Source: Lama glama
Lineage: Eukaryota
Assembly (NCBI GenBank): GCA_028534125.1
Contig: CM052816.1
Coordinates: 87,298,001-87,362,000, forward strand
Direction of reading: 5' to 3'
Length of the DNA: 64,000 nucleotides
Part shown: piece by piece, positions 40,480 through 53,280 of the stretch
Layout of the letters: each line of letters starts with the position of its first letter
Position numbering within the stretch: position 1 is the first letter of the stretch
Program-made: the position numbers and the translations under genes
Notes under the pieces: model-generated
The model's input: only the letters and a program-made list of their open reading frames with translations
The model's database searches: none
Told to the model about the DNA's origin: nothing

Positions 40480-41020
40480 TATATTCATTCTCTGTGTAAC
40501 AAATTACCATAGAATCACCAGCTTATACCAACACAGATGCCTTATCTCACAGTTTCTCTGAGTCAAGAATCCAGGTAGAGCTTAGCTGGTTTCTCTGTTC
40601 CAGGTCTCACAATGCTGTTGTCTAGGTGTCCGGTCAGGCTGTCTTTCTTTCTGGAGCTTGTGTTTTCTTCCAGGCTCCTGTGGTTGTTGGCAGAATTCAA
40701 CATGTGGCAGCTGTATAAAGGAGGTCCTCAGCTCCTAGAGGCTGTCCACAGTTTCCTTCCAAGTTGTTCCCTCCTTAGACAGTTCATGCCATAACATCTT
40801 GCCTCAAGACAAGCGAGAGTGGATCTCTCTGCAGTCTGCTAAGATACAGTCTTATATAAGGTAACATAACCAAGGGAGCAATACCACATTGACTTCATCA
40901 CATTCTTTTGATTAGAAGGAAATCAATGTTTCCACCCACACTCAGTGGCAGTGAATTGCACTCAGGCATAAAGATCAGGAGGCAAGTTATTGGGAATCAA
41001 CCGAGGATCTGTCTGCCACC
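40480..41020 (-). mobile_element. MaLR LTR (MLT1E/F-like) nested in the ERVL LTR
   Basis: gtgtaacaaattacc...ttatctcacagtttct...gcttagctgg...gttgttggcagaattca...cccacactcag. Confidence 0.85.
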
Positions 41021-41679
41021 TGGGCTAAAGGTGTTTTTAGAGGAGTTACAACTTCTATAGTTTCAGAAGAACCGTGGGAAGTGAAGGTCTTGAAAGAGGC
41101 ATATAAAGTGCAGAGAAAGCATTCCTAATAAATTCTTCTGAAGCCCTGGAGCAGAGGGAGAAGTCGGGGCATGTGAGAAAATCTGAAAAAAACTAAATAT
41201 GTCCACTGTTGTACTAGACATTTCTCTATTGATCAACTCTATTTCTCATCCTTTTAGGGAATACATTTTGAAAAACATAATACCCAGCTTAACCAAGATG
41301 ACAGCAGCACATTTTGGCATCCATAGGACATCCTGTAACTATATTCATTTGCAAGTAAAGAAAATAGCAATTATCTGCTTCCTTACAACATGAGACAACC
41401 ATGCCTTACATAACTGAAAATTCGCTAACCCTCATTCTAAAAGAAGACACATGAAGACTTTTTCTCCATAATTTGGGTAAGGTTTATTCATTTCCTAGCT
41501 AAGTGCCATTACTCTTTCAATAGTCCGCAAATTAAATACTAAGATGAAAGGTTGACTATGGTTATATCTTATATGAAATACTAGGAATACGACAATGGGA
41601 AAGAGAAATAATTCCTTCTTAAATATAAGAGTATAGTCATGCTAAAGCAAGGAAGATATGTCCCTAATAGTAAAGTCTC

Positions 41680-42552
41680 CAATTCTACCACAGGCCACAT
41701 GGCCATAAGTGGTATTTATAACTTTTTTCAATTTCCAATTCCATAGTCCCTTTGACCTTGGAAAACATCTCAGTTAGCCATGGTTTCTCGCTTAGTGGAG
41801 TGACCCAAATCCTCATTCTTACAGCATCTGAGCAATCAGCAGTCATGACTGTATTGGGTTGTTAAAGTTTTCCTTTTGCTTTTATTTTAGGACATAAGAT
41901 TTCAAAGAGGTTGCCCTGGAGGATCTCCTGAATACCAGACATTTCTCTGCACGTTTTCTGTTGTAAACCCATATCCCTCCTGAAAGTCAGAATAAGCCAT
42001 TCCAATCAGTATGCTAACCTCTGCCTGTTAGTTACCTAGCCTGAGCATCCCATTACGGCCAAGTGATAGTCTCAACTGCCAGTTTAAGGAAAACTTTATT
42101 TTTCCATTAATCTTTCTTCCATTGGGAAATAATATCTCTAAAACACAGCCAACATTGCAAAATAGGAAACAAACCTTTTGTTAATGGATTGCTAGGGGTA
42201 ATAGTAAGAGGGTTCACTCCCATGACCCACCTTGGTTCTCACATGCATGAACATGGGCTATGGAAGAAAGAGCATCATATACTGGTCACTGACTCAAAGT
42301 ATTTACTGTATCCTAGAGGACATCACCCTAACCCCACGAGGTATTTTCTAGTACCTTCCACTGTTTCTTCAGGCCGGTGATAGTTAAAACCAAGTGGTTA
42401 AGACAAGAGATTAAGAACAGGAAATTTCATGAGCATGAGCCCATTTATGTCTTTCCTCTACTATAAATTCCTTAGTCAGTAGTAATGCTGTCGAGAACAC
42501 CATGGTGTTGAGTAAGCATAGTGTATATCCAGAGATGATGGATTTGACAGAT
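41680..42552 (-). pseudogene. ERVL pol remnant: integrase core, dUTPase-like region and C-terminus
   Basis: Manual minus-strand translation gives HHGVLDSITTD, KWAHAHEI, PLTITPSNPL, LNWQLRL, VWYSGDP, MRIWVTP, KSYKYHLWP, recognisable as ERVL Pol blocks; stops and frameshifts present. Confidence 0.85.
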
Positions 42553-43303
42553 TTGCTAGAGAATATGGAGAAAGGTGAGTGTTTAGAAAAATCATGAGCA
42601 AAATTTTCTTAAAGGGAAATGTCAATGCTTCTAGCCTATGAGCAAACCAACTCATAGCAGGCTTACTTACACAATATGATCCATAAGGAGCTGGTATACA
42701 CACTAAGCAAATTGCAGCATTTGCCAGTTTACAATGAAAGAGACTAACCAGATAAAATTATGGGTACCTCTGTTGTCCATAATTATCTGAATTTAGTCAG
42801 AGATAAAGAACCATGATGAGTATTATGAAAGTCCTGGACATTACTAAGAGTTAGGTCTTACATAATTGAGATGCTGAGAAGTAAGATCAGTTGAATGAGC
42901 AGACACAAAGAGAGACTAGCAACCCTTCATGAAGCATAACGCAGATGGGCAAACTGCAGCTTTTGCAGCGGAAGCTGAGAATCCAAGCATGTCTCTGCCT
43001 GCTCCTGGAGAAGTCTACACAGTCTCCTGCAAAAATCAAACTTCTGAGGCCACAATTACTCATGCAAGATCAGCAGTCAAGATGCAAAGTCCTGGGCTAA
43101 GCTGAGATGAGTAAGATTCAGCGGAAGCCTAATAGACAGCTCCCTGTCCATTATCATATCTGACCTCAAACACCTACAGAGTAATAGCTGCCGCTTCATT
43201 TCCATCATTTAAATTAAATGCAGGGTCCTCTTTGGCCAACTCTGTACACAGTGAGAAAGACTCTGGAAAACACAGTTCCAAGCTTAACCAAATTAGCAAT
43301 GGT

Positions 43304-43592
43304 TAAGGGTGCTGGATTTAGTAAATAAAAGTATAGGACATCTAGTTAAATTTGAATTCTTGATAAGGAATTCTTTTTGTTTTTAATTTAGCATAACTAT
43401 TGGATGGGACTGATAGCATACTCCATTCTACTCCACTCCCACTATTCTACCACAATTACTGTTTTTAGTATTGATAATTTTCTCTTAATGAACTATGCAA
43501 TATTTGACACAAACTTATACTAAAAGGAGTATTCATTGTTTATTTGAGATTCAGATATAACTGGATTTCCGGCATTTGATCTGACCACTCTG
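43304..43592. mobile_element. MER53-like palindromic hAT MITE with about 96 nt of extra central sequence
   Basis: gatttagtaaataaaagtataggacatctagttaaatttgaatt and the inverted arm cttatactaaaa...gagattcagatataactgg; degenerate 8-bp flanks gcaatggt/gcaacagc. Confidence 0.8.
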
Positions 43593-45898
43593 GCAACAGC
43601 GCATTTAGAACAAATTACCTACAGACAATGGTAGCTGTAGCTGCAGGGATGGATAGGTTGAGGTCAGATTATAAAGAATCTCAAAAGTCATGTTGTTGCC
43701 AGTCTTCATGATTTTTTCCATTTGTGGGCTCTCATTTGACCTTCACAAGAGCCTCACAACTTTTTTATTAAGTAATTAGAAGATATTTAGAGATAATGAA
43801 ATAGATGATAAAGAATTTAGTTGTTTACATTAACTCCCTATGACAAATTATTTCCTTTACATTAGATTGGTTATAGAATATTTAATACCACTTACAACAA
43901 GCATTCACAGGAATCCTTCAACATTTTGATATAAACCTTGTATCTACCACAGAAACAAAATTTCAAAAATTAGTGCTAGCATTTACATTGAGGAGTTATA
44001 GACAATAAGGATTTGTACAAAATAAGTAGGTAACATTTTTATTTAATTAGCTCATAACAGGATATATATTTACTATACACATATTGTAAAAAACATAATG
44101 ATGAAAATTTTAAAAATCCATCTGTCCAAAGGAAATCACAGCTAAGAGTTGGTAATATTTTCCTTCATACTTGATAATGCATTGAATAATCTATCTTAAT
44201 CCCAAATTTTTATTTTTAGATTGTAAGTATATTATAATAGGTCTGACACTTTAAATAATTTTTCAACTCTTGAAAGTGTACCGATTATTCTTATTGTCTC
44301 CATTTTGCATATCTAATATTTACGCCAAAAGAACATTATGTATCACATTATTTGTAAGAATTTAATAGGGATAGAATATCTGTTCTTTCTACTGTATAAA
44401 TGTATTAGTTCAAAATATATGGATTTATATGTAATTATGGATCATGAAAAAATTATGAAATAGCATAGAATAAAGCATTCATATACTTTTTATTTTTATG
44501 GCAAATCTCACTAAAAATATAGACTATGTGCAAGTAAATTTATTCTTTAAAACAACAGATTTTGTAATCTGTCTGTCTATAGTTCTACTACACTCGGGTA
44601 TATAATTCCAAACAATCAAATTTGCATACTAGAACCACTTGTGTCAGTCTCTTAATCTGTGTGGCTGATGTCTTACAATTTAGTCATAGTCAGGAAGAAC
44701 TTTCTTCAACCTTCTAACCGCTGAAAGCAGTCCACTGACATCCTTTTGCTCTGTTGAAACTGGATGGGCAATGCATGCATTATTTGAAACTGATAGCTCA
44801 AACCTGCCATCACAGAAGAAGCTATAGATGCCCTTTGAATATTTGGCCCTAGATGTCCATCACAGTAGGCAATTAATTTAGTTGCATTGTTACTCTATTC
44901 AATTCTTGGTCTTTCTGCAGACTCTGCCAGACAAGGATTCTAATTAATGCTAGTCAAAATGGTGATTGTGTGGTATGAACATTTTGAGGACTAAAATATT
45001 TTTAATTACAAATTTATACAACATCAGTTTCAAATATATCTAGCAGATGGCAAATTGAATTGAATATCCACTTGACCCAGACTTGGGCCTCATGCCAAAG
45101 ATTTAAAATTTTTCATAATTTGTGAACAGTTTAGACAAATTCATTCCTTTTTATTTTTAAGATTTTTTTTATCATGCTGTATAATTCCAGGTTATATTGA
45201 TGTTACATTGAAGGAATTTGCCCTGCAAACTTGTTATCGTCCTTTTTATAAATAGTATCAGTTTATTGAGATTTTGTTTCTACATAAGGATCACTGAGAC
45301 TAACTGGTGCACTTGAAATATTGATGCTACATCCAGCGGAGTTTAACTGAACAGTGTATCTGAACTTATGTGAGTTTGCATACCTAGAAGCATGGAAGTA
45401 CTGAGCATTTATTTTAATACCTGTTGTTTATTCTCATTTCTGTAATGTTCAAAATAAAACATTATGAGGTCTCCAATATTATATGACTTTATTTTTGATT
45501 TCATAGAGGGAGGTGACCTCATGGGCTAAATCAATTTGGAACATATTAAGCAAAGCCTGGAGGTAAGAGTGCACCATATGAATGTTGATGTTAATTGCTA
45601 CGTATAAATTCAGGGCAGTTTTTATCAAGAATCATCTTAGGCAGAGAGACTAAAGTCCAAACTGAAACCACATTTGTAGAGTTTTAGTAAAAACAGTGTC
45701 ATACTCAAAGGAAAATGTTATCCACATCAGATAATACTTGCAAAACTGATGTTTTGAACAGGGAGAGAAGGGATGGAGAAGAAGAGAAAGAGAGAGAGAG
45801 AACATTTTAAATAAATTAAAAAGGTGCTTAAAGAAATGGCCCAGGTTGAAGGGAACCTATGTCGTAATCCTATTTCTTTGATCTATGAACTTGGGACC

Positions 45899-45991
45899 TG
45901 TGGTAGACACAATAATGACCTCCCTCAAGATGTTCATAAATCCCAGAGAAAGACTCAATCGTCCATAGCTAGTTTTGAAGATGGAAAGGGG
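45899..45991 (+). mobile_element. MLT1D-like LTR, 5' part
   Basis: tgtggtagacacaataatgacctccctcaagatgttc...gctagttttgaagatggaaagggg. Confidence 0.75.
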
Positions 45992-48236
45992 TCTGTACTT
46001 TCAGTTTCTGGCCTGACATGTAAAAAGCATGGGAGTTCTTATCCCCTCCTCAAAACAAAGAAAAAGCTGAAGACACTGAAAATTGACAACTTTTCTTAGA
46101 TCTGTAAGAAAAATGAGATCAAGGATAAAGCTCTGCCTGAACACTGGAGAGAGAGAGGTGGATACCAGAAATCACAACTTTCCAACACCACAACCAGGAG
46201 CAAAAACCCAGTGGTAGAGTCAGGACCTACCGGGACACTTAAACTGTTACTGACAAATTGCTGAAGGCTCCAAGTAGATGAGCTTGAGATAAAAACACCA
46301 GAGCTCAAGTTTTGGAAAGCAGAGCTTACACTTACGAGTTTTATCTCCAGAATCCCTACCAGCTTCTCATAGTGAAAATCAGAGAAAGATTCCTCATACT
46401 TCTTGCAGAAGGGGAGGGAAAACTACCATCTTGAAATACTCTGGAACATTCTGTTCTCTTTATAGTCTCAAAAGAAACTTTTACCAGAGGCTTCCAACTT
46501 TGGGAAAGGGAAATTACACCCTTCTAGCCTTCCTGTTTCACCAACAGGGTGAAAAAAAATAACATTGAGATGCACTCAGTCTCAGAGCGCAGACTCATTA
46601 CAAAACAGATGTAGTCACAGGATTATAGGATGCTCCCCGAGTCCCTACATCTTACTACTGCACAGAGCAGGCTCCTGGATCAGAATGGATTAGCACTAAG
46701 AGGACTGCAAGGCTCAGACTCTATTTAAGAAGACAGGGAGGAGACAAAAATCAAAGGCTCTCGAGTAAATATTAGCCTCTAATACAAACAGCTATAGCAA
46801 ACATTAAACACAGTTTAACCTCTTGCTGCATAAACATAAAACCTCCCATTAAAGGCCTGTTTACTTCAGTACCTTTTACCCAAGACATCATGTTTGCTTT
46901 CAACAAAATATTATAAGCCATGCTAAAAGGCAAAAACAACGACAACAACAACAAAAAACAACAACCAAACAGATGAAAAACAAAAACAAAAGAACAGAAA
47001 AAAAAAAATAGTTGAACAGACAAAGCAAGCACCAGAGCCGAGACTCAGATATTTCAGAGATTCGGGGATTATCAGACTGAGAATTTAAAATAACTATGAT
47101 TAGTATGCTAAGGGCCCTCATGGAAAAGTGGAAAACATGCAAGAACTGCTGGTTTAATGTAAGCAGAGAAATGGAAACACTAAGAAAAAAATTTTAAATG
47201 CTAGAAATCAAAAACATAACAGAAATGAAGAATGCCCTATGGACTCATTAACAGACTGGAAGTTACTGAGGAAAGAGTCAGGGAGCTAACAGATACATCA
47301 AAAGAAACTCCCCAAACTAAAACGAGAAAAAAAGCATGAAGAAAATCAGAGAGTGTATCCAAGAACTGTGGCACAATTATAAACAGTGTGATATATGTAT
47401 AATGGGAATACCAGAACAAGAGAGAGGGAATGGAAAGAATATCTGAATGATGAACGGCTGAAGACTTTCCAAAGTTAATGAGATACAAGAAACCACAGAT
47501 GCAGGAAGCTCAGAGAACACCAAGAGAATAAATAACAACAAATCTATACCAAGATATGTCATAGTCAAACTGAAAAAAAAAACAACACAAAAAAATAAAG
47601 CTAAGACAAAGAGAAAGCTTTGAAAGGACTCAGAAGAGAAAAATACACATCTTATCTACAAATGAACAAGGATAAGAATTACATTAGACCTTTGTTCAGA
47701 AACCATGCAAGCAAGATATTTAAAATGTTGAAAGAAAAATTAAAAACACCAGTCTAAATTTCTGTGTGCAATGAAATTATCCTGTAAATTCAAGAAGAAA
47801 TAAAGATTTTTCTTCTGCGAAAAAATTGAGGGAAAATGTTGCCAGTAGACCCACGTTGCAAAAAACGTTAAAAAAATTGTTAGGAGAGAAAAAATAGTAA
47901 GTTAGAAACTTGAATCTACATTTAAAAAAGGAAAAGTGGTGAAGAAAGAATTCATAAAGCATTTGAGTTTTTCTTATGTTACTTGATCTAACATAAAAAT
48001 TTATTCAAATAGTAATAGCAACGATGTATTTGGAAATCATAGGTTATAGATGAGTAAAATGAATGACAGCAGTGATATAAGAAACCAGTGGAAGAAATTG
48101 GGGTTGCTCTGTTACAGAGTACACGTACCACCTGTGAAGTGGTGCGGTCTGATTAGAAAGTGGACTTAAATTTGTTATAAATGTATGATGCAGACTCCAG
48201 GGCAACCACCAAATTAAAACCAACCAAACAAAAAAA
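45992..48236 (+). mobile_element. L1MC/MD-type 5' UTR + ORF1 + inter-ORF, no ORF2
   Basis: Begins with 5'-end-like ctttcagtttctggcctgacatgtaaaaagc; ORF1 motifs gaatttaaaataactatgattagtatgctaagg and caggaagctcagagaacacca; ends in an A-rich tract. Confidence 0.8.
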
Positions 48237-48454
48237 GATGAGAAGAGCCTTAGTCTACAACCTGTAGAGGCTAGAAAAGTCAAAGAAATAGATTCTCCTA
48301 TAAGACGCAAAAAAGAACTGCCAGAAGCTTCATTTTAGCCCATTTGGGCCCATGTTGGACTTCTGACCTAAAGAACTCTAAGGTAATAAATTTGTGTTGT
48401 TTTAAGCCACTAAGAATGAGGTGATTTGTTGCAGCAGTAACAGGAAACTAATAC
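48237..48454 (+). mobile_element. MLT1D-like LTR, 3' part
   Basis: tagaggctagaaaagtcaaagaaatagattctcc...taataaatttgtgttgttttaagccactaag...ggaaactaatac. Confidence 0.88.
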
Positions 48455-48899
48455 TTGGCCTTTGGCAAAATACTTAGCATCTTTGATACAATCTTCCTCT
48501 GTTGCATGAGTGGGTTAGATTCTTTAATATGTAAATCACTATAATATGTGCAGACGATTGTTAAATCCAAAAGAGTTTTTCTTTAAAAAATTCTCCTTTC
48601 TTTCTTATTTCCTTCTTTTTGTCTTTCTTTTACTTTCCTGTTCTCCTTCATGCATTTCCTTCAAGACTAAGTTAGCATTCCTAATTAAGGCCCTATGCTT
48701 GAGATCTAAAATCAAATACACCTGAGAATATTACCATAGAATGAGTTAGACAAAAAGAACTATAGCTAGCATTATAACTACATTATAAAAATGTGGTCAA
48801 AAATACGGTAGGAACAAAATAAAAAACAAATTTAAATCAGCCCTCCAAAATTATATCACACTCCAAAAGCAGTATTTTTGAATATTAAAAAAAAAAACC

Positions 48900-49772
48900 T
48901 TAGCATATCTTCAGGGTTATAATATCAAAGACTGGAAGGACTAGACCATATTTCCAATCTGTTCTTTGCTTTTACTGAACAGAATTGAGAATAAAGATTT
49001 CTTTATTTTGCAACCCATAATGGCAAATGAAAAAAAATTAGCAGAGAAAGAGATTTCATAATTATTAGACAACTCAGAAGATGACTATAAAGAGACAACA
49101 ACACTGTATAAGTCTTGCCCAATAGGACTTTCTGCGGTGATGGAAATATTTTATCCTTGTGCTGTTGAAGATGGTATGTACCAGTCACGTGGCTACAGAG
49201 GCCTTGAAATGTGGCTTGTATAACTGAGGAACTAAATTCTTAATTATAGGTACTTTACTTAAAAATTTAAATCCCTGTACACAGTGAGTGGCAACTGGAG
49301 TAAACAGTCGAACTCAAAAATAGTAATGATGATTAACTAGATCATGAAACTGAAATCTCAAACGCAGACTCTTTAAATGATTATATCCCAGATGAATTTC
49401 CTCAGAAAGATATACTGAGTAAGTTGTATATTTCTAAGAAAAAAAAAAAAAGAAATGTGGTGTTCTTAGTTAGTCATTCAACAGGGATGTTTTATCAGGC
49501 ATCATATTTTGAAAACGATCAGGAACATTCAGTGTTGCTAAAGGGCCACCATGAGTTCTCTTTCATCTCTTGCGGTGTTTGAATGCCAGGATTTACGTGC
49601 TACAAAGAAGTTTCCCCTATTTTCCTATGGAAAATCTTAACTGTTTTTTATCCCCCTTTATATTTACTTTTAAAAATGTATTCATAATATGACTTAGATA
49701 TAAAACAAGTTCTAAGGGTCCCCTAGATCAAGAAAGAAGATGGTAATGGGCTATTTTTCTTGGTCCATTAAC
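48900..49772 (+). mobile_element. piggyBac fossil (Looper-like), internally deleted
   Basis: After ATG 49020 a decayed acidic N-terminus (KLAEKEIS*LLDNSEDD); gatgaatttcctcag and gttagtcattcaacagg resemble the Looper transposase as I recall it. Confidence 0.65.
49110..49312. mobile_element. MER3 hAT-Charlie MITE nested in the piggyBac fossil
   Basis: ccaataggactttctgcggtgatggaaatatt...cttgaaatgtggcttgtataactgaggaactaaatt. Confidence 0.88.
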
Positions 49773-51237
49773 ACTCTCCTCACTCAGGTACTTTCGTTGT
49801 ATTCAATGATGCGGTAGCAGCTTACACTTTTGTTGTAGTTTATTATTTTCATATAAGGCTTAACCACTAAAATATATAGTGATATATTTTCTCTATAATA
49901 AATATTTTAAATTCATCACATTGCTTTCATAAGTATGCTTGCTCATGTAGTGTCAGTTTCTCTCATTACAACATGGAAAGAATATTACCTGGGATACTGG
50001 CTGTAAATACCTAATTAGAAATGATGATATAAATTTATGCTAAAGGCAGAAAAAAGTCAGATTTCCCCACAATTCTATTAATTTATGATTGTCAGTCAAA
50101 CAAGTGACAGTAATTTTAAATGATCAACTAAAAGCCAGCTGAGCGATGGAAAAATGGAATCCATTATTGAGAGCCTGTGTTAGATTTTTAGAGGTCTGAT
50201 GCAATTATAACAAAGGAGAATAGATTTAACCTAGCAATTCCCAAACTTTTTGACCTTGAAGTTTATTCTACAGATAAAGTAAAATTAGTATTTAATGAAC
50301 TAAATTTAAGGAAGTGTGGTTCTAGCTTCTTTTTGTTTACAAGAACCAATACTTAAAGCAGCACTCAGGATATGTCTGCTCCATGCCAAAACAACTGGCC
50401 TAGTCACACTGAGGTGACGGAGTAATAAGATTTTTACAATTATCAATTTATTGATTTACATGTTTATTTCTTGTGCAAACCCAGTATGTGTGAGTAATTA
50501 GTAGTGGTACACAGATAAAGCTGGGAGAGTGAGTGATCTTGACACACGTTGAGCATTGAAGACAATTTTGTTTTTGTAAAATTAACTTGGCATAACATAA
50601 TTACGAGATAAATTAAAAATTATTCCTTGGACTTCTCTTGAAATGCTTCAGTATCATGTGCCTAGCATTCTGCACAAATGCTGCAATCATATGCAGATTT
50701 ACCATATATGGAAAGATAATCATTTTCCTTCTCTTAAAACATGATATAGGCAGATGAATATATTTCTGTCAATCTGGCCTTCTGTGCACTTTCTAGGTAT
50801 GGCTCACTAAACTCCATGGGTAGAATATTTTGGCTGACAGCAACGGTATGAAAGTTGGTGTACAGGCAATCTACCGGCAAATTCCTTGTGACAGTCATCA
50901 TTGTGCATTCTACTAAATTCACAAATTCTTTAGCTTTTTCTTTGAAAAGAGTGCTAAAATAGAGAAAAAATAAAAATAAATAAATAGAAATGGATATGAA
51001 CTTTCTTCAATTAAATTAGCAGAAGCTACACCTCCATAACATTAGCAGTCTTCAAAACGCATTAGCATGTCAGAGAGCAAAGGATCAGGGATGTGATGAT
51101 CCACGAGAGTAGAAAGAATAGCTCCCAGTATCCATGGCCCAGAGCACAGAGAATATAAATATATAGGAGCTGAGGAGCAGGAGAGAAAAGGAGAAGCATA
51201 AGGATGCATCTTTATTGTCTATAATCCTAAAAGCACT

Positions 51238-51305
<68 letters not shown>

Positions 51306-51404
51306 TAGGTATAGATATAGGTATAGGTATAGGTATAGACATAGATATAGATATAGATATAGATATAGATATAGATATAGATATAGATATAGATATAGAT
51401 ATAT
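51238..51404. repeat. Compound microsatellite (GATA)n-(GATAA)n-(GGTATA/GATATA)n
   Basis: Direct reading. Confidence 0.95.
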
Positions 51405-51999
51405 CTTCCCTTGGGATTAATCTCCAGGACAGGACAAAGGGGGTAGAGAAGAAAGAAGTAGCATGCATTTCAGCAGGTGCACACAGAGGCAACTCAGGAG
51501 ACACAAATATATACTAAATCACCGTAACAAATTTGAGAGGATAGGGCATTACTGCAAGCTAGTCTGACCTCCTGCTCACCTTACATGACAAAAGAGGAAA
51601 GCTAAGAAGGAATGTGCACCCAAGGCAAGAACTTCACACATGTAGGGAGAACTTCATTCATAGTTATTGTATTACTATTTAGTCAATTCACAGTTACTGA
51701 GAGAACAAGTATATATTATTGCATCTTTTCAGCATGCCTTGAGAATTTTAAATTATATTTTATTTCTTGATTGAGAGTCACAGTTTTCTTATTTCCCACT
51801 GTGTACACATACAGATATATATTTTTATCTTATAAGTTGGAAGTCTTAAAGCAGTTTTTAAAATATTATCATAACTATATATCCCATACATATGCATATT
51901 CTATAAATATATTCTCAATCTATCAGTTTTGTTATATATAATCATATAAAATCTTGACCTTTCAATTTTGGAAAGTTATCAAAGATAAATTTAGAGCAA

Positions 52000-52960
52000 T
52001 AAATAAATAAAAGTTGGAAGTTCAGTGATAAACAATGGCAAAGTAGGCAAACTTGAAGAAAATAAGGTAATTTTGAAATGAATAGCTAATAAACTTAACC
52101 AGAGGTTGAAAGCATTAAATGATGCAAAGAAATTACATTATAATGCTGAAAAGAAAATGATCTGCAGTTCACCATTACACCATCAGTAAAATTTTGCCAA
52201 ATTACATAAAGCAAAGTCTCACAAAATATAATGCATTGAAATAAACACAATATAGTAGTAGACATAAATGTACATATCTTAACCCTTGAAAGATTTAGTA
52301 TAAAAAAGAAAGTATAGGATAATGACACAAGCTCGATGCACACACATATACACATTCACATACATACTCACACAGTCATGCTCTCTCATACACACACACA
52401 CAATAATCAGGTGTTATCTTCAAATGGAAAATCTCACTAAATCCCCAAATTAGGAATAGTACAAACCAAATTCCTTGAACACTAAGCAATAAAATAAGGA
52501 ATATTAAAAATGTCTTACAGTCTAAAAGAAAGAAGAAATAATAAAAGAAAGAACAAATGAAAGAAAAAGTGAAACAAAGAATGAACAAAAGAATAGGAAA
52601 GGAAGGAGAGAAAGGGAGACAGAAGAAGGAAGAAAGGAAAACTGATATTATCATTGAAGCAATTATAAAAAAACAGAATAAAACAAAAAAGCATTTAATA
52701 GATAAAATTTCGTAATTAAAATAAACAATAATACAAAATCTTTATTTTCTGATAAAAAGGAACACTAATGAATAGATATGAGCTGATTCTTTGAAAAAAA
52801 TCAGAAGCCAATATATTCCCAAAAGTAGAGCAATATAAAAAACACAAATATAAAAAATCATAAATGAAAAAGCATCCAAAAGTTTAGAGAAAATGTAAGT
52901 AATTGTAAATTGTTCTACTGCATCACAAGCAATATTTTTGAGGCTATTTAAATAATGAGT
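52000..52960 (+). mobile_element. Very old A-rich L1 ORF2 5' fragment
   Basis: A-rich; acaatatagtagtagacataaat and gctgattctttgaaaaaaatcag motifs. Confidence 0.45.
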
Positions 52961-53169
52961 AAATGCTCCCTACACAAGTGAAAATGACTCCACATCATTG
53001 GTGACATCTCTCTTACTAACTTACACGAGAGATTCTATGAACCACAACCACCAAGCCAACACTGAGATACTCGGAATTTCTCCCCAACTTCCTGTGATTA
53101 TGTTACAAATTCTAAAATATGGAAAACAAAATTATTATTTCTTCAGGATGACAAAAACTAAAAGGTATC

Positions 53170-53276
53170 CATTGTTACTCTGATTTTACAGAAATAAAGT
53201 GACTTAGGCTATTAATTTGCCCAAGTCTGACGGCTGAAAATAGGCAGTCAGGATTCAAACCTTGGTTACTTTTGTG
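53170..53276 (-). mobile_element. MIR fragment
   Basis: attttacagaaataaag...tttgcccaagtc...ggcagtcaggattcaaacc. Confidence 0.7.
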
Positions 53277-53280
53277 ATGA

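Larger units (their letters stand above)
40430..43602 (-). mobile_element. Decayed ERVL-class provirus with two LTRs (about 40430-41311 and 42770-43602)
   Basis: Both LTR ends recur: agtcagg..agaagcatcttgagtattatga (40444) vs agtcaga..agaaccatgatgagtattatga (42795); cagcttaaccaa (41285) vs aagcttaaccaa (43280); pol remnant between them. Confidence 0.75.

Noticed and set aside
45038..45056. CTCF-like tagcagatggca (similar on the - strand near 5925)
   Set aside because: Partial core match only; cannot be supported without PWM scoring or ChIP
51085..51504. 139-aa ORF with IS/YL repeats
   Set aside because: Translation of the compound microsatellite
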